From contig NMRA01000013.1 of assembly GCA_002633005.1 (NCBI GenBank), positions 1,427,944 to 1,491,943 of the forward strand: a DNA stretch of 64,000 bases, read 5' to 3'. This document shows positions 1 through 12,300 of the stretch, piece after piece. Source of the stretch: Phoronis australis. Its lineage: Eukaryota; Animalia; Phoronida. The position numbers and the translations under genes were made by a program. The notes below the pieces were generated by a model, which was given only the letters and a program-made list of their open reading frames with translations, was not told where the DNA came from and ran no database searches. Each line of letters starts with the position of its first letter. Within the stretch, counting starts at the first letter, position 1.

Positions 1-221
1 AATAAAACGAAATTGAAACAAAAAAGAGGAAATCCTCTTAAAAGAGGAAAATTCCAAACGTCGCTTGTAGCTGCTCAGCTCCATTTCAACCATATATTAA
101 TAAAGCATAAACATGCCTCCATGTGATTAGTGTAATGGGCCAACATAAGCCGCCTGTGAACGTGCAAAAATGTACCAGACCGTCTACAATTATTTTTTAT
201 AAGACACCAACTGATTCTCAC

Positions 222-308
222 CTTGTCTATTGTGTCGAACCCTCTTGGCCTCTTGTAGTTCTGCTTTACACTGATTAATTTTCTCATAGGCATCTTTGAT
301 GCGCTGCT
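222..308 (-). CDS. THOC7: THOC7 coding exon 4
   Basis: 87 nt, ctacag|...|gtgaga; QRIKDAYEKINQCKAELQEAKRVRHNRQ. Confidence 0.92.
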
Positions 309-3300
309 CTGTAGGGAAAACAAACTGTTAACTGTGAACAAGTAAAAGAGAGTAGATTCTGTTGACACATGTAATATTAAACAGAAGCAATTAATTTCTG
401 TTGCCAGTTGCCTAGGGGTGCTAAGTTTGTGGGGTGCATTCCATACAATCTTTCTTCCGAGGTTGGCTAGGCCAAGCGGAATCATGCAAATGAGAGGTCA
501 GCGCATAAGGAGTAAGGTTGCAACCCTACTGCTGTGTACAAGCAAAATAGTCAACACTGAAGTGAATGCCAGGTGTCACCAGAATGTTGAATAACGCCAG
601 AGAACTGCACCGTATACACAATTTCCATTACACAATCAACATATCTAACAGCAAGTATTTCGTGAGTGCGTTGTGTTACTGAATGCATCCCTAGTTAAAT
701 CTAACACCACATAGACAATAGTGCTCATTTTCAGGCAAAATCTCAAACATTTTCTGTATTCGTTAGGGTTAATACACATGAGCCAAATATTGAGGAACTA
801 AACAATGACGGAGTTGTTACACCCAAGATCAGACTACAAGGGTGGAAACAAGCGAGTACACGCTTGAAAATAAGAGTAAAAAGTAAAAACACGAGTGGGA
901 AAATGACCTGTTATTGGAAGGAGCCCAAAGTGGACGTTTGGCATATTCTTTTTGGTTCTCAGTATTTACTAGGGCAAATCTTGAAATACGAGTGCAGAGT
1001 ATGCCATCATTCGTATTTTGTAGTGAGGCATTTTCACCTGTGTTGAGCGCTGGACTATCATTTGTTTTCAAAGAATACAGGAACGTAGCAATGATAAATC
1101 CCTCAAAATTATAGTTAATTAATAACGGTTTTTGCATCTTTTGAGCAAAGAATATGGCCAGAATGTAAAAAGCACAAAGTTTCATAATTCACCTATTTTT
1201 GAGTTGAGGTCACCGTAGTTCTCCTGTTCATGAAGATTCATCCTGTAGACCTGAGATGACTTCACCATGGCCTGTTCACACTGAGCAAGCTGTGCCACCA
1301 TCTTCTGGTATGTGGCAATGCTGGAAACACAGACACACGAATCTCCCAATGACTCAACCATTATAAGAAACAAGTTTCTATGTTCAAGTTATACTGTGTT
1401 GGTGCCAGTGCTGGATACGAGGGACAGATAGATTCAAGGCCCTGTGGCTAGAACAAGAGATTCGTGCAGATGGCACCACACTCAAAATGCAAATAAAATA
1501 GAAGAGTATCGGGGGAATTTCATAACACACCATCAATTACTAACAATAAATAAACTGAATGTTTTCGACTGCCAATGGCTACAGTCATCCTCAGAAAGAT
1601 GACAAGGTGGACTTGCTATGATATAAAAGTCAGAAAGAGAGTACTGACTTACATCGCCGTTCATGTCCCTGTCACCCGGTTACTAATAAAATGGCTTTGG
1701 CGTATCTAGCATGTTTTATTTCAGGTATCATGAGCAAAAAGTTTGGCATTATCCAAGTCTATAACGTGGTTGTGGATAACATAGTGATCAGTGACGGACA
1801 ATCTGTTGATGGAATTACGGGCTAACCGCTGTTACAAACGTGAGAAGCGAGTTATTGACTGTGTGTCCACATCTTGTTTGAGTCTGTGTAGACGAGTACT
1901 GAACCAGCAGCATGTAGTAAGGCCGAAATTTTGCCAAAATTTGGCTGTCACTGACAACTGTGCTATCTCGATTGTGTCTCGTGAATGAGGACACATGCTC
2001 TTTGAATTCCATTGGGGCATCAAAAATTGTTACGTACAAATTTTAAAATGTTGCAGGATTTTGAGCAATTACTTTTTTTTCCATAAAAAATACAAAAAAT
2101 ACAAAACACGGAGAAAGCACGTGTCCCTCACGGCGGGAAGGTTTGTTTTCTGACTTGTGCGGACTCTCCCATCCAACATTAACGAAATTTATATGGTTTG
2201 AGGACAGAACCAACATTAATCCATCTCACATGATCAGGAATAACTACCAGACCCCGACGAGTGGCAGAAAAAGAACACCAAGCCGAAACTCTAGAGAACT
2301 CTGAGCTTAATCGTCAAAAAAACCCAAAAGCAACCGACAATGGACGCCATACTGACAGGGAAGGCGGGACAAAATGTCACCAAGAAGATTCGGTCATTGA
2401 AAGATGAACTCAAAGAGGCACTCATGGACTCAGATTATATCCAGTCACTGTTTACAAACATGATAAAGCCCTTAATTGACGCTGGTTTGTCTGAAATGTA
2501 TAAAGCACTCGAGCTTCAATACGATCAAAAGATGGTTGAAAAGGACAAAAAAAATAACACTTGAAAATCAACTGGACAAGCTGAAGCAAGAAAGTGGCTC
2601 TCAAATACACAGGTTGGAATCTGATTTGGATGAGCTTGAGCAGTGTGGCCGCCGAAACTGTGTTGTAATCAGCGGAATAATAGAATCTGACAAGGAGTGC
2701 ACAGATGACATTGTTGTTGGTCTAGTAAAAAGAATTGGTGCTACCGTTGATAAGTCTGACGTATGTCGCAGCCATCGCCTAGGTAAAAAAAATCCAAGGT
2801 AACGCCAAGGCGAGGTCAATTATAAATTTACGAATTACAATGCAAGAGTCGAATTCATGAGAAATAAAAAGAAATTGAGAACTGGAGCCGGCAAGATCTA
2901 CGTAAACGAGAATCTGACCAAAAAACGAGCACAGTTGTACAAGGCTTGTAGAGATCTAGGTGCCAGGATTCAGAGTTGCTGGACATATGATGGAAGAATT
3001 TATTACAAGAACTGGGCCAATGAAATTAACCCGGTGAGCAGCATGGATGATTTGCAGGGCATCTAACTCTCTCTCAGCTCAACACTATACACTCAAGCCA
3101 GAATATAGTATAATAGTGCAATAGTTTCTGACGTCTTGTGTTCAGCAATTGGTAAGATTACTCACTTATGTACTGTAGTAAGCACGAAAGACAGCTGAAG
3201 TTCCTTTTTCCATTAAGTTGAGTTTTACGGTAATTCCAATGTTTCACAATACCCAATAAATTTTTAACTGCTTTTGTACTCCATGTGCAATTGCCAAACT

Positions 3301-6300
3301 ACAAGTGTAGCGTACCATAATTGTCAGGTAGTTGGGACCCTGTTGAGAGACCTCCAGTACAAATGTACTTCCTGTAGCCATTACTGTGTATAGCCTATTT
3401 TCCTTAAGTTTTAACATAGTTTTAGCCATTGTGCCCAACATATCGTCTTCACAGCTAACATATACGTGCTACTCAGGTTATTTCAAAGTTGGTGACAATC
3501 GTGTCGCGTAGTTGTATTGTTCTAGCTGTGTTCTATTTTATTCTAAGCGTCATAGCTTCATGCTGGGCAATCTATCTGGGGGGGGGGCTATTTATGAGAG
3601 GGCTCTGCATTGCGTGTAGGCATAGAGTGCAGGCATCCTTATTATTTATGTGTGTGTGATCTGCTCGGTGCAGATCTCTCGACAAGTCCCGGACGCACAA
3701 GTTAAGTCTGTTTATTAAAATGTACTTATCCTTATTTTCATTCTACTTGTTTCCTGCACGAGAACCGTAAGGGCAATGTTTCTTAATGTTTTTTTTATTA
3801 TAGTCTCATTATGAAAAATACTGGGAGAATAAGCCTTACCATGAGGATCAGTTTCCATGTGTTTTCCATCCTGCGTTACATCATATTTCACATCTATGTT
3901 GTACTCTGTGAAATCTATGATGTGCTTGTGAATGTGTTGGTATTGTTTTTGTGTTGTTTTGTATGTATGTGGTGTGAATGGCTCAGGATTGTACCACTAT
4001 TATTTGATTGTCATTTCATATAATATGTGTATCACCGTTATAATGATGACAGGTGAACTTAAAGTAACCTCATTGAACTGCAGAGGACTGGGTTTCCATG
4101 ACAAAAACAGTACTCCATTTATTGCCTACAGGACACACTTCACAAAGAGAGAAGAAAACAATGTCAGTTCAATGTGGGGATATGAATGTTTTTCAGTTCA
4201 AATACCTCAAACTCCCGTGGAGTGGCCATGGTCTTTAAGAACACTTTTGAGTATAAATTACATAACATTTTTCAAGACTACAATCGTATGGCAATAAATT
4301 AATTTTGGATATTAATATCAATGAGACAATAATAATGTTAATTAATACGTTATGTCCAAATAGGGACTCACCGTCTTTTTTTGAAAGAATAAAACAAGAC
4401 ATTCAAGATATAGGCAATTACTCTGTTATTTGGGCAAGCGATTTAAATCTTGCGCTCGATCTAAGGACACACTTAATTATCGAAAGGCTAACAACCCAAA
4501 GTCACGGATTAAGTTGATGGAGAATTGTACAGAATTGTCTATCGCTGATGTGTGGCGGGAACTAAACCCCAATAGTAAAGAATACACTTGGGTAGCTGGG
4601 AGTAAACAATCCAGACTAGATTTTTTCTAATTTCTGAAAGCCTTTTAGCCGATATTGAAGACTCCATAATAGAATTTGGTTACCGGTCCGATCATTCAAT
4701 AGTAACAATTTTTTTAAAGGTGATGGTTCCAGGAGGAGGAAATCATTTTGGAAGTTTAATAACTCTCTCCTAAAAAAAACTCTTGAGTATATTGCTGCAG
4801 TCAAGGATACTATTAAATTAAATAAACAACAGTATATGACGGACGATATTCAGAGAATTAATAGTATAAGTTCAGATTTTCAATTGTCTATAAATTATCA
4901 ACTTTTTCTTAAAACTGGAGATTTGCGGCAAAACAATTTCCTTTGCTACTTACTTAAAAAGAAAAAGTGACAAAGCTGAACAGCAACTTATCGAAGAAAT
5001 AAGTTTGTTGGTAAAAAGTCTAGGCCTTGATTGGGAACTACTGGAACAAAAAAATAATCGACTTGCCGAGCTAAGGCAAAATAAGTTAAAGGTGAAGGCA
5101 ACCTTTTTCCACATCATTTTTAGCTAAAATAAGGGTGGTTGGTTATCCTAGACATATTTTCCACCTTTAAGGGGTCTTATGATTAGGTCGAGAGCAAGAT
5201 GGATTGAAGAGGGTGAAAAACCTTCCAAATATTTTCTTCACTTGGAAAATAGGCATTACACAAGTAAGTTGATGCCTTTTTGTAGAAATCTGACAACACT
5301 AAAACCCTTGGTGAAGAAGAGGTTATTCAGGAAACCCAAAATTTTTTATGAAAAGCTATACAAATATAGAGATTCTAACAATACTGCTTTAGAGACTCTT
5401 CTTGATAAGGTTTGTGTCTTCAAACTGAATGAGTCAGAAAAAGAAAAATTAGGTCTTCTTACATATGAAGAAGTCACACAATGCTTGAAAAAAATGAAAA
5501 ACAACAAGAGCCCAGGCTCTGATAGTTTTTCAGCGGAATTTTTTCTAAACTTTTTTGGGCTGACATTGTACATTTCGTTGTTTGCTCACTTAATACTGGT
5601 TTTTCAGTTGGCCAGTTATCAACACAGAAAGAGGGAGTGATTACCTGCATCCCTAAGGGAGCAGATAAAAGTAAACATTGTTTGAAAAACTGGAGACCCA
5701 TATACTTACTCAACGTGACATATAAATTGGCTTCTTCAGCTGTGGCTGAACGGTTGAAACCCGTTTTGGGATAACTAATCAGTAAGGACCAGACAGGTTT
5801 CGTTTCAGGAAGAAATCTGAACGCAAATATCCGCGTGCTATATGAGTTAATGTTTTATGCCCAGGCAGCTGACAAACCTGGATTGCTTTTACTGATTGAT
5901 TTTGAGAAAGCATTTGATTCATTGTCGTGGAATTTTATTTAAAAACTTTATCTTTCCTTAATTTTGGTAGGTCTATGAGAAGGTGGGTGAAAGTCTTTTA
6001 CAGTAATGTTAAATTCTGTGTTGTCGTAAATGGTTACGCATCTTCCTGGTTCAATATTTCGCGTGGCTGCAGACAAGGTGACCCTTTGTCTCCCTACATT
6101 TTCATACTGTGCGCAGAGATTTTGGCGTATTTAATTAAGAATAATGAAAATATTCCTGGTGTAGTTGCAGGAAATAAGGAATATTTGATTTCACAATATG
6201 CGGACGACACATCAATTACGTTGAATGGGTCGAATTTGTCATTGACTACCACATTGAATGTACTTCATTTGTTTGCTAGTGTCTCCAAGTGAAGGTGGAT

Positions 6301-9300
6301 AAAACAAAAGCAATATGGTTTGGAAGTAAAACTGGTAGTGATGACGTGATTCCTACAAAACAAAGTCTGTCTTGGACAAAAAAATCTTTTAGATTTTGGG
6401 AGTGGATTTTGACACTCAATTGGATAGTATGACGCATAAGAACTTCACTGTAAGAATAACTAAGATTAAGCTTTTATTGAAAAGTTAGAGTCAACGAAAT
6501 TTAACGCCGTTTGGTAGAGTAATGGTAATTAAAACATTAGCTATTTCTGAACTTAATTTTTTTGTTGTCAAGTTTACCAAATCCACCACTAAAAATCTTG
6601 AAGGAATTGAATATGACGTTTTTTAGATTTGTGTGGCAGACTCGTCATGGTGAAATTAATCGAACCACGGCCTGTTTAGGACTTGATCAAGGGGGACTTC
6701 AAATGATTAATGTGCCAAATGGAAAATTTCGTTGTTCCCGTTAACTATATGTAGAAGTTATATACTTTGAACGAGATACGAGAATGGTCTTTCCTGAGGT
6801 GTGCATGTGTGAATGAATGGATGTACTTTTTTATTATCATTTATAAAACAGTACAAAAAATATAAAACACAAAAATTACCAGAAAATTTCAATAAGAGAT
6901 TCAAAAAATTTGAAACAGAGAAATCCGATGAATGACAATTGAAAACAACTTGTGATTGCGTGCATATACTGCGTAGCTAATGAGTTGTTTTGGTAATCAT
7001 TTTGGAAAATGTCATATTCGTACAACCAGCGGAGGGTGCTGTAAAGAAGATTGTTTGCCATATAGGTTGTTAGCCCTTAAGACAAGATATCAACAAAAGA
7101 ATCTTCTGGCATCAGGTAATGTCAGCCAAAAGCCTAACTCGCAATTCAAGATTTTTCGTACATCACTTTTCACTTTTTTCTTATTGGAGTCCAGTTGCAA
7201 TGTATATACAGAGCAAACAAATCATTCAGAGCCTTCAATGCCTTGACGTTGAAGTTGAAAAAGGCATCATTCCTTTCTAAATTACATCTACAAATAATAG
7301 GAACATAACGATCATACATTCCTCTCGAGATGAGAAAAATTTCAACTCTCACAGGGGGAGGCATTTCACCCGTTGAATAGAAAAAAATCCCCTATCACTC
7401 AGCAGATGTAGACACAGATATTTTAAAGTTAGAGAAGGCTCGAATCAGCCTCATTCAACAGTCACATACCTGTCTTCAGAAGATTCATCAGAGTTACACC
7501 ACTTAATAAATGAACGCAAAAGTCCAGCGATACGCCGGTCATCCATTCCTCCATCACCTTCAATCAACAACCTGCGACGTATGATTTCATCTACAAAACA
7601 AGATCAACACATCATGAACTGGTGTAGTGTTGGTCTACAGGACACGATGAAGACATCATCAACTGAGACGTGTTGGTCTTCAAGACGAGATAAACACATC
7701 ATGAACTGGTGTAGTGTTGGTCTACAAGACAAGATAAACACATCATGAACTGGTGAAGTGTTGGTCTACAAGATAAACACATCATGAACAAGTGAAGTGT
7801 TGGTCTACAAGACAAGATAAACACATCATGAACTGATAGGTGCTGGTCTTCAAGACAAAATCAACAAATCATGAACTGGTGAAGGGTTGGTCTTCAAGAC
7901 AAGATAAACACATGATGAACTGGTGACCTGTTGGTTTACAAGACAAGACTGATAAACATATCATGAACTGGTAAAGTGTTAGTCTACAAGATAAACACAT
8001 CATAAACTGGTGAAGTGCTGGTCTACAAGAAAAGATCAACACCAGCTCATCATGTGGACAAGCAGATTGACAAACCAGCTCGAACTAAAATTGATAAAAA
8101 TATGTGGGCAATAATAATATAACACATGATAATATGGCTTGTACTATATAATTAGACAATTTTATTGATTAAAATTTTGAAATTATAGCAACATCTCATC
8201 TATTTCAGACAAAAACTAATTGCCAAAATATTTTTGAGACGGGATGGAGCCCATATTGAGGCTCACTTTCGAGGGATCAAGAACCCTACGAATCTTTGCC
8301 TGACCAAGATAAAATAAGAAGCTTAATAAATAAATGAAAGCGCTCCGAGGAGCGAAACTTGGCGAAATTAACCAAAAAGATGACGATAAAGATGATGACG
8401 AAAATGACGAATATGACGAGTGTGGCGAGGATGAACAAAAGAAGTAATATTAACATACACATGACGAACGTAGAAGTCCGAAATCAATAAGAAAAAGGCT
8501 AGTCTTGAGCGACACTTGGCGAAATTAAGGAAAAGACAACGACGGAGATGATGACGAAGATGATGACGAATATGATGATGGTGGTGGCGATGATGAACAA
8601 CATCACAACATTCTTATGACGAACTTAGATGTCATAAATCAATAAGAAATAGGCTACAGTCTAGTTCAATAGAAGACAAACCAAAATCAATGCAGCAAGA
8701 GCGCTCAACAAAGGAACAGCGTTATCAGAAAATCTCAAATAACTCGAAAAGTAGATGTCCTAGCGAAAAATGGAAAACATCTTCTGAAAGCCCGTTCAAA
8801 ATTCTATCTAAATTGATGGTATCGCCTAATTGTGTAAATTTTTCGAAAAAAATGAAATTTTGCGTTTTTTTAAGAAATTCAAAGTCAAATAACTCGAAAA
8901 CGGTAAGTCTGAGAAAAAAATTGTTACAGTTCATTTGAAAGAGTATACCTTAGGGAATCCACATGCAAAAATGCACGTCATTTTCTTCTCTCGTTTAAAT
9001 GGCACCTAAGTACGACTGAAAATGGGTCAACATGTGCCAGAACCGCCATCTTGAAAGCAACTTCCGTTGTTTGGCTTTGTATAATAACATGCCATAAGAA
9101 ACTAATACTGTATTCGCCGTAATAACCGCCCAGGGCGCTTAGAAAAGTTCGGTTCAGGGGGCGCTTATCATAACCCAAGGCGGTTGAAACCCGGTCTCCG
9201 AAACGGGTGAAATCGGAAGCTAAGATTCATCAAATTTACGTTCTGTGACGTATCTGTAATCTATGAGACTTCCAACAAAACTGTGGTGCATAGCTATCAA

Positions 9301-12300
9301 ACTTTGCTGCTAAATTACGATCATTTTACAGAAAATTGTGCTGAAATCCCAGGGCGAAAACTCGCCGACTGACTGCCTCAAAATCGCCGTCTTCGATATA
9401 GCGACTTCAATGCTTGTATAAAAACAGTTTCGACTCAAGCAAATTACCTGAAATCCTCATTAAGTTTTCTAAGTAGCGTCCCTAAGACTTTTTTTAAGTT
9501 CCCGTGGAGTCTGGATTTACGGCAGTTTTAAGTACAAATCTGCGCAACATCGTGCCATCTACATGTATGATCGGCAACACGGCGAGAAAAATGTCTGGAC
9601 GAACACACACGTTGTTGTCATGTGACGTTTGTTTTGAAGTTCGTCTGCGAGTAAGCGAGCGCATGCGTGTAACCAGAGTTCATTTGCCAAAGCAGAGACC
9701 GTCTTTTGGCCAGAGCCACGCAATCTAACGAGCTAGATGTGCATTGCGTCTAAAGAAATTTGCACAAGCAGTAGGCCACTGTACACCAGAGGGTGTTTCA
9801 TTCAGCACTTGCCGGTCTCGAGCTAAAAACGTTCGACATTTGTCTCGGTAAGGCCCATATTAGTCGCCGTGTAGCTGGATGCGTATGTAACTATTTAACA
9901 GTTATTTTTCGGTGTAAGGGTGTGTAAGCATTCACTGTCAGTTGTCATTTTATCGGATATTCGGCTTAAAAACACCAATTATGGTTAATCAAACAATCCA
10001 TCTAAAAAATAACGCAAACATGTTTTATAGTATTAGAAATTGTCGGAAATTAGGGCCAATATTCATTTCTTACCGATGCTATGCTACCCGTTTCATGAAT
10101 GGATAGTTCCCGACTAATGTCTTTGATGACAGCTAGGTTCATNCCACATATTAGTTGCGGAACAAGAAATACTAGCTGTCACTCTTTAACATCACGTGGG
10201 TACAGGTTTGATTACAGCCTTCGAGCTAGCTGCATGAAGACTAATGTCACAATATAGCTGGGAACCACTGTGTATTAACTTCACATACACCTTGGAACTT
10301 CACAACATCCAGGTAGTTCTGCTCGTCACCTCCTTGTCAAACTTGTATCAACATGTGACAAGTGACGGGGGTGCATGCGAAATCTGGGAGTCAACAGATA
10401 CTCATCTTGCCAAGTAAAGCCACTTCATTAAAAAGCAACCTAATAAACATCAGTTTTGTAATGCTCAAAGAAAAGTCTGTCGCCAATCTGAAAACAGTGC
10501 ACTTGTGACAGGTGATTTACTAAATTTTTGCAACATTTTTCAGGAGATAATGACAGCTTCACTGAACCAAACTGAGATGGGAATAGGGCCAGTAATCGAC
10601 CCCAGTATTGAGGGATCAAGAGCCCTGGACTGTAACAGAGAATTCAGTCTTCAATTTGCTGACAGAATGGATGACTACTTGGTATTCAGACAAAAAATAT
10701 TGATTGCAAGAGTAGTTGTTCAAGTCGGAAGGATTTGAAGACTCCAACTGGCTCCAAAGATGTCCATATACACTCAAAAGGTGCACATAGTAATGCAACT
10801 TCGTTACATAGCCAGAGTTAAGCGTAATTTGCACAAAATCTTCCAAGGCACAGTTTTGCGTTACTTCAGTCTAGCGTATGAAAATGACAAAACCTAAAAG
10901 AAGACTTCCATGTGGCTCAAAATGGCCCACAAGCCACTTCTACAAGAGGAGAATTACAAAAAGCCGTGCGGTGGAGCATAGAAACATACAGATGTCTTTT
11001 CACTGATGAACTTGCTGTGCACTTCTCTCAAAAGGAGTTTCAAGCAGACCACGGTTGAACAGCTAGCTCACCACGATCATTCACTGAGGTCAACAACACC
11101 GTCAGCTAAGAACATTTAAGCATTGCTCTTCTGGTCTATTCACTGAGGTGGAAGGACTGACTGGCCAAATCTGAGCATGTGTGAAACAATACACTGTTAT
11201 GAGAAACACATTGTTTAGCTAAACCCTTGTGCCAGAATTCAGTGGGCTAGGTGGTACAATATGGGAACCTGTTCCTAACAAACATTCCTTCACTCACTAT
11301 AACTTGTTAGTAGTGCTGGCAGTAGCTAGTTTTGTAAGTTTTTCCCCCAATGGATGTTTTCTAACAACTCCATTGTTCTGTGTTTGTGCAAAAATGAACC
11401 ATAGTCTTGGTGTTGTCTTCGTAAGTCAAGCAATGGTACCTGCTTATATGTGAAAGCATAAAATAATAAAAAGCAGTGCAGTAAATAAACATCTCAAAAA
11501 TTACTCTCTCAGAAAATAACACTGCGAAATTTTCCCTTTTAGAGGGTACAAGCAACTGTCACTCAGGTGAAAGAGGGCCTATTTGGAAAGACGGGTCCCT
11601 CTTCAAAATGGCTGCCGAGCACCGACTTTCACTGAATAACGGTAATGGTCGTTATTCAGTGAAAACTGGTTCTCGGCACCAATGTTGAGGAGGACCCGTC
11701 TATTCCAATATTCGACTTTACTTTTATCTTTCAATATCAGTTTGCAAGTTCTTCAGTTTTCGATTAAGAGAATTAACACTCAGTAGACACCAAAAACTCC
11801 TCCCTGTCCATTACCAGCAGCATGAATACAACAGCAAAACTCGCACAGTGACATTAACAAAAGTCAAAAGCTGAAGAGCCTCAGTCGCAACGGCACATTG
11901 CACTAGACAGTGACCACCGGCTCTAGCTGGCTCAATAGAGACAGTGTAGCTCATATAGGCACTTGATACACCAGAAGCTTTTCAGCGAATTATTCCTCAC
12001 ACCGTCTAAAGCATCAGAGTCACGTTGTTATAAATACTTTATGCGCATAGACAGACACCTAAGAAGGCCGTCGATGTCCAATTCCTTCCAACTCGAACAA
12101 ATACTCCCACTATCAAACTTCGCAGTCCCTCGTTCAGTTCCAAAAATCGCTAATTGGCCATTTTTACACACGCAAGGAGGTATGATGTCATACCACCTGC
12201 AATGTGTAGAGTTTAAAATAGCCAGTTACTGATTTTAGGAACTGAACTAAGAAAAGGTTTGATAACGGGAATATTTGTTTGAGTTGGAAGGAATTAAATA

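Noticed and set aside
1720-2040. Overlapping short ORFs after an acceptor-like TTTCAG
   Set aside because: Multiple stops, no homology recognised, and not needed for THOC7 phase continuity
7600-8042. CRISPR-like regular array
   Set aside because: No unique spacers, eukaryotic context and no cas genes; it is a simple minisatellite
10144-11200. Possible decayed coding remnant (Cys/His-spaced fragment near 10350)
   Set aside because: No frame gives a recognisable domain by eye; needs BLASTX
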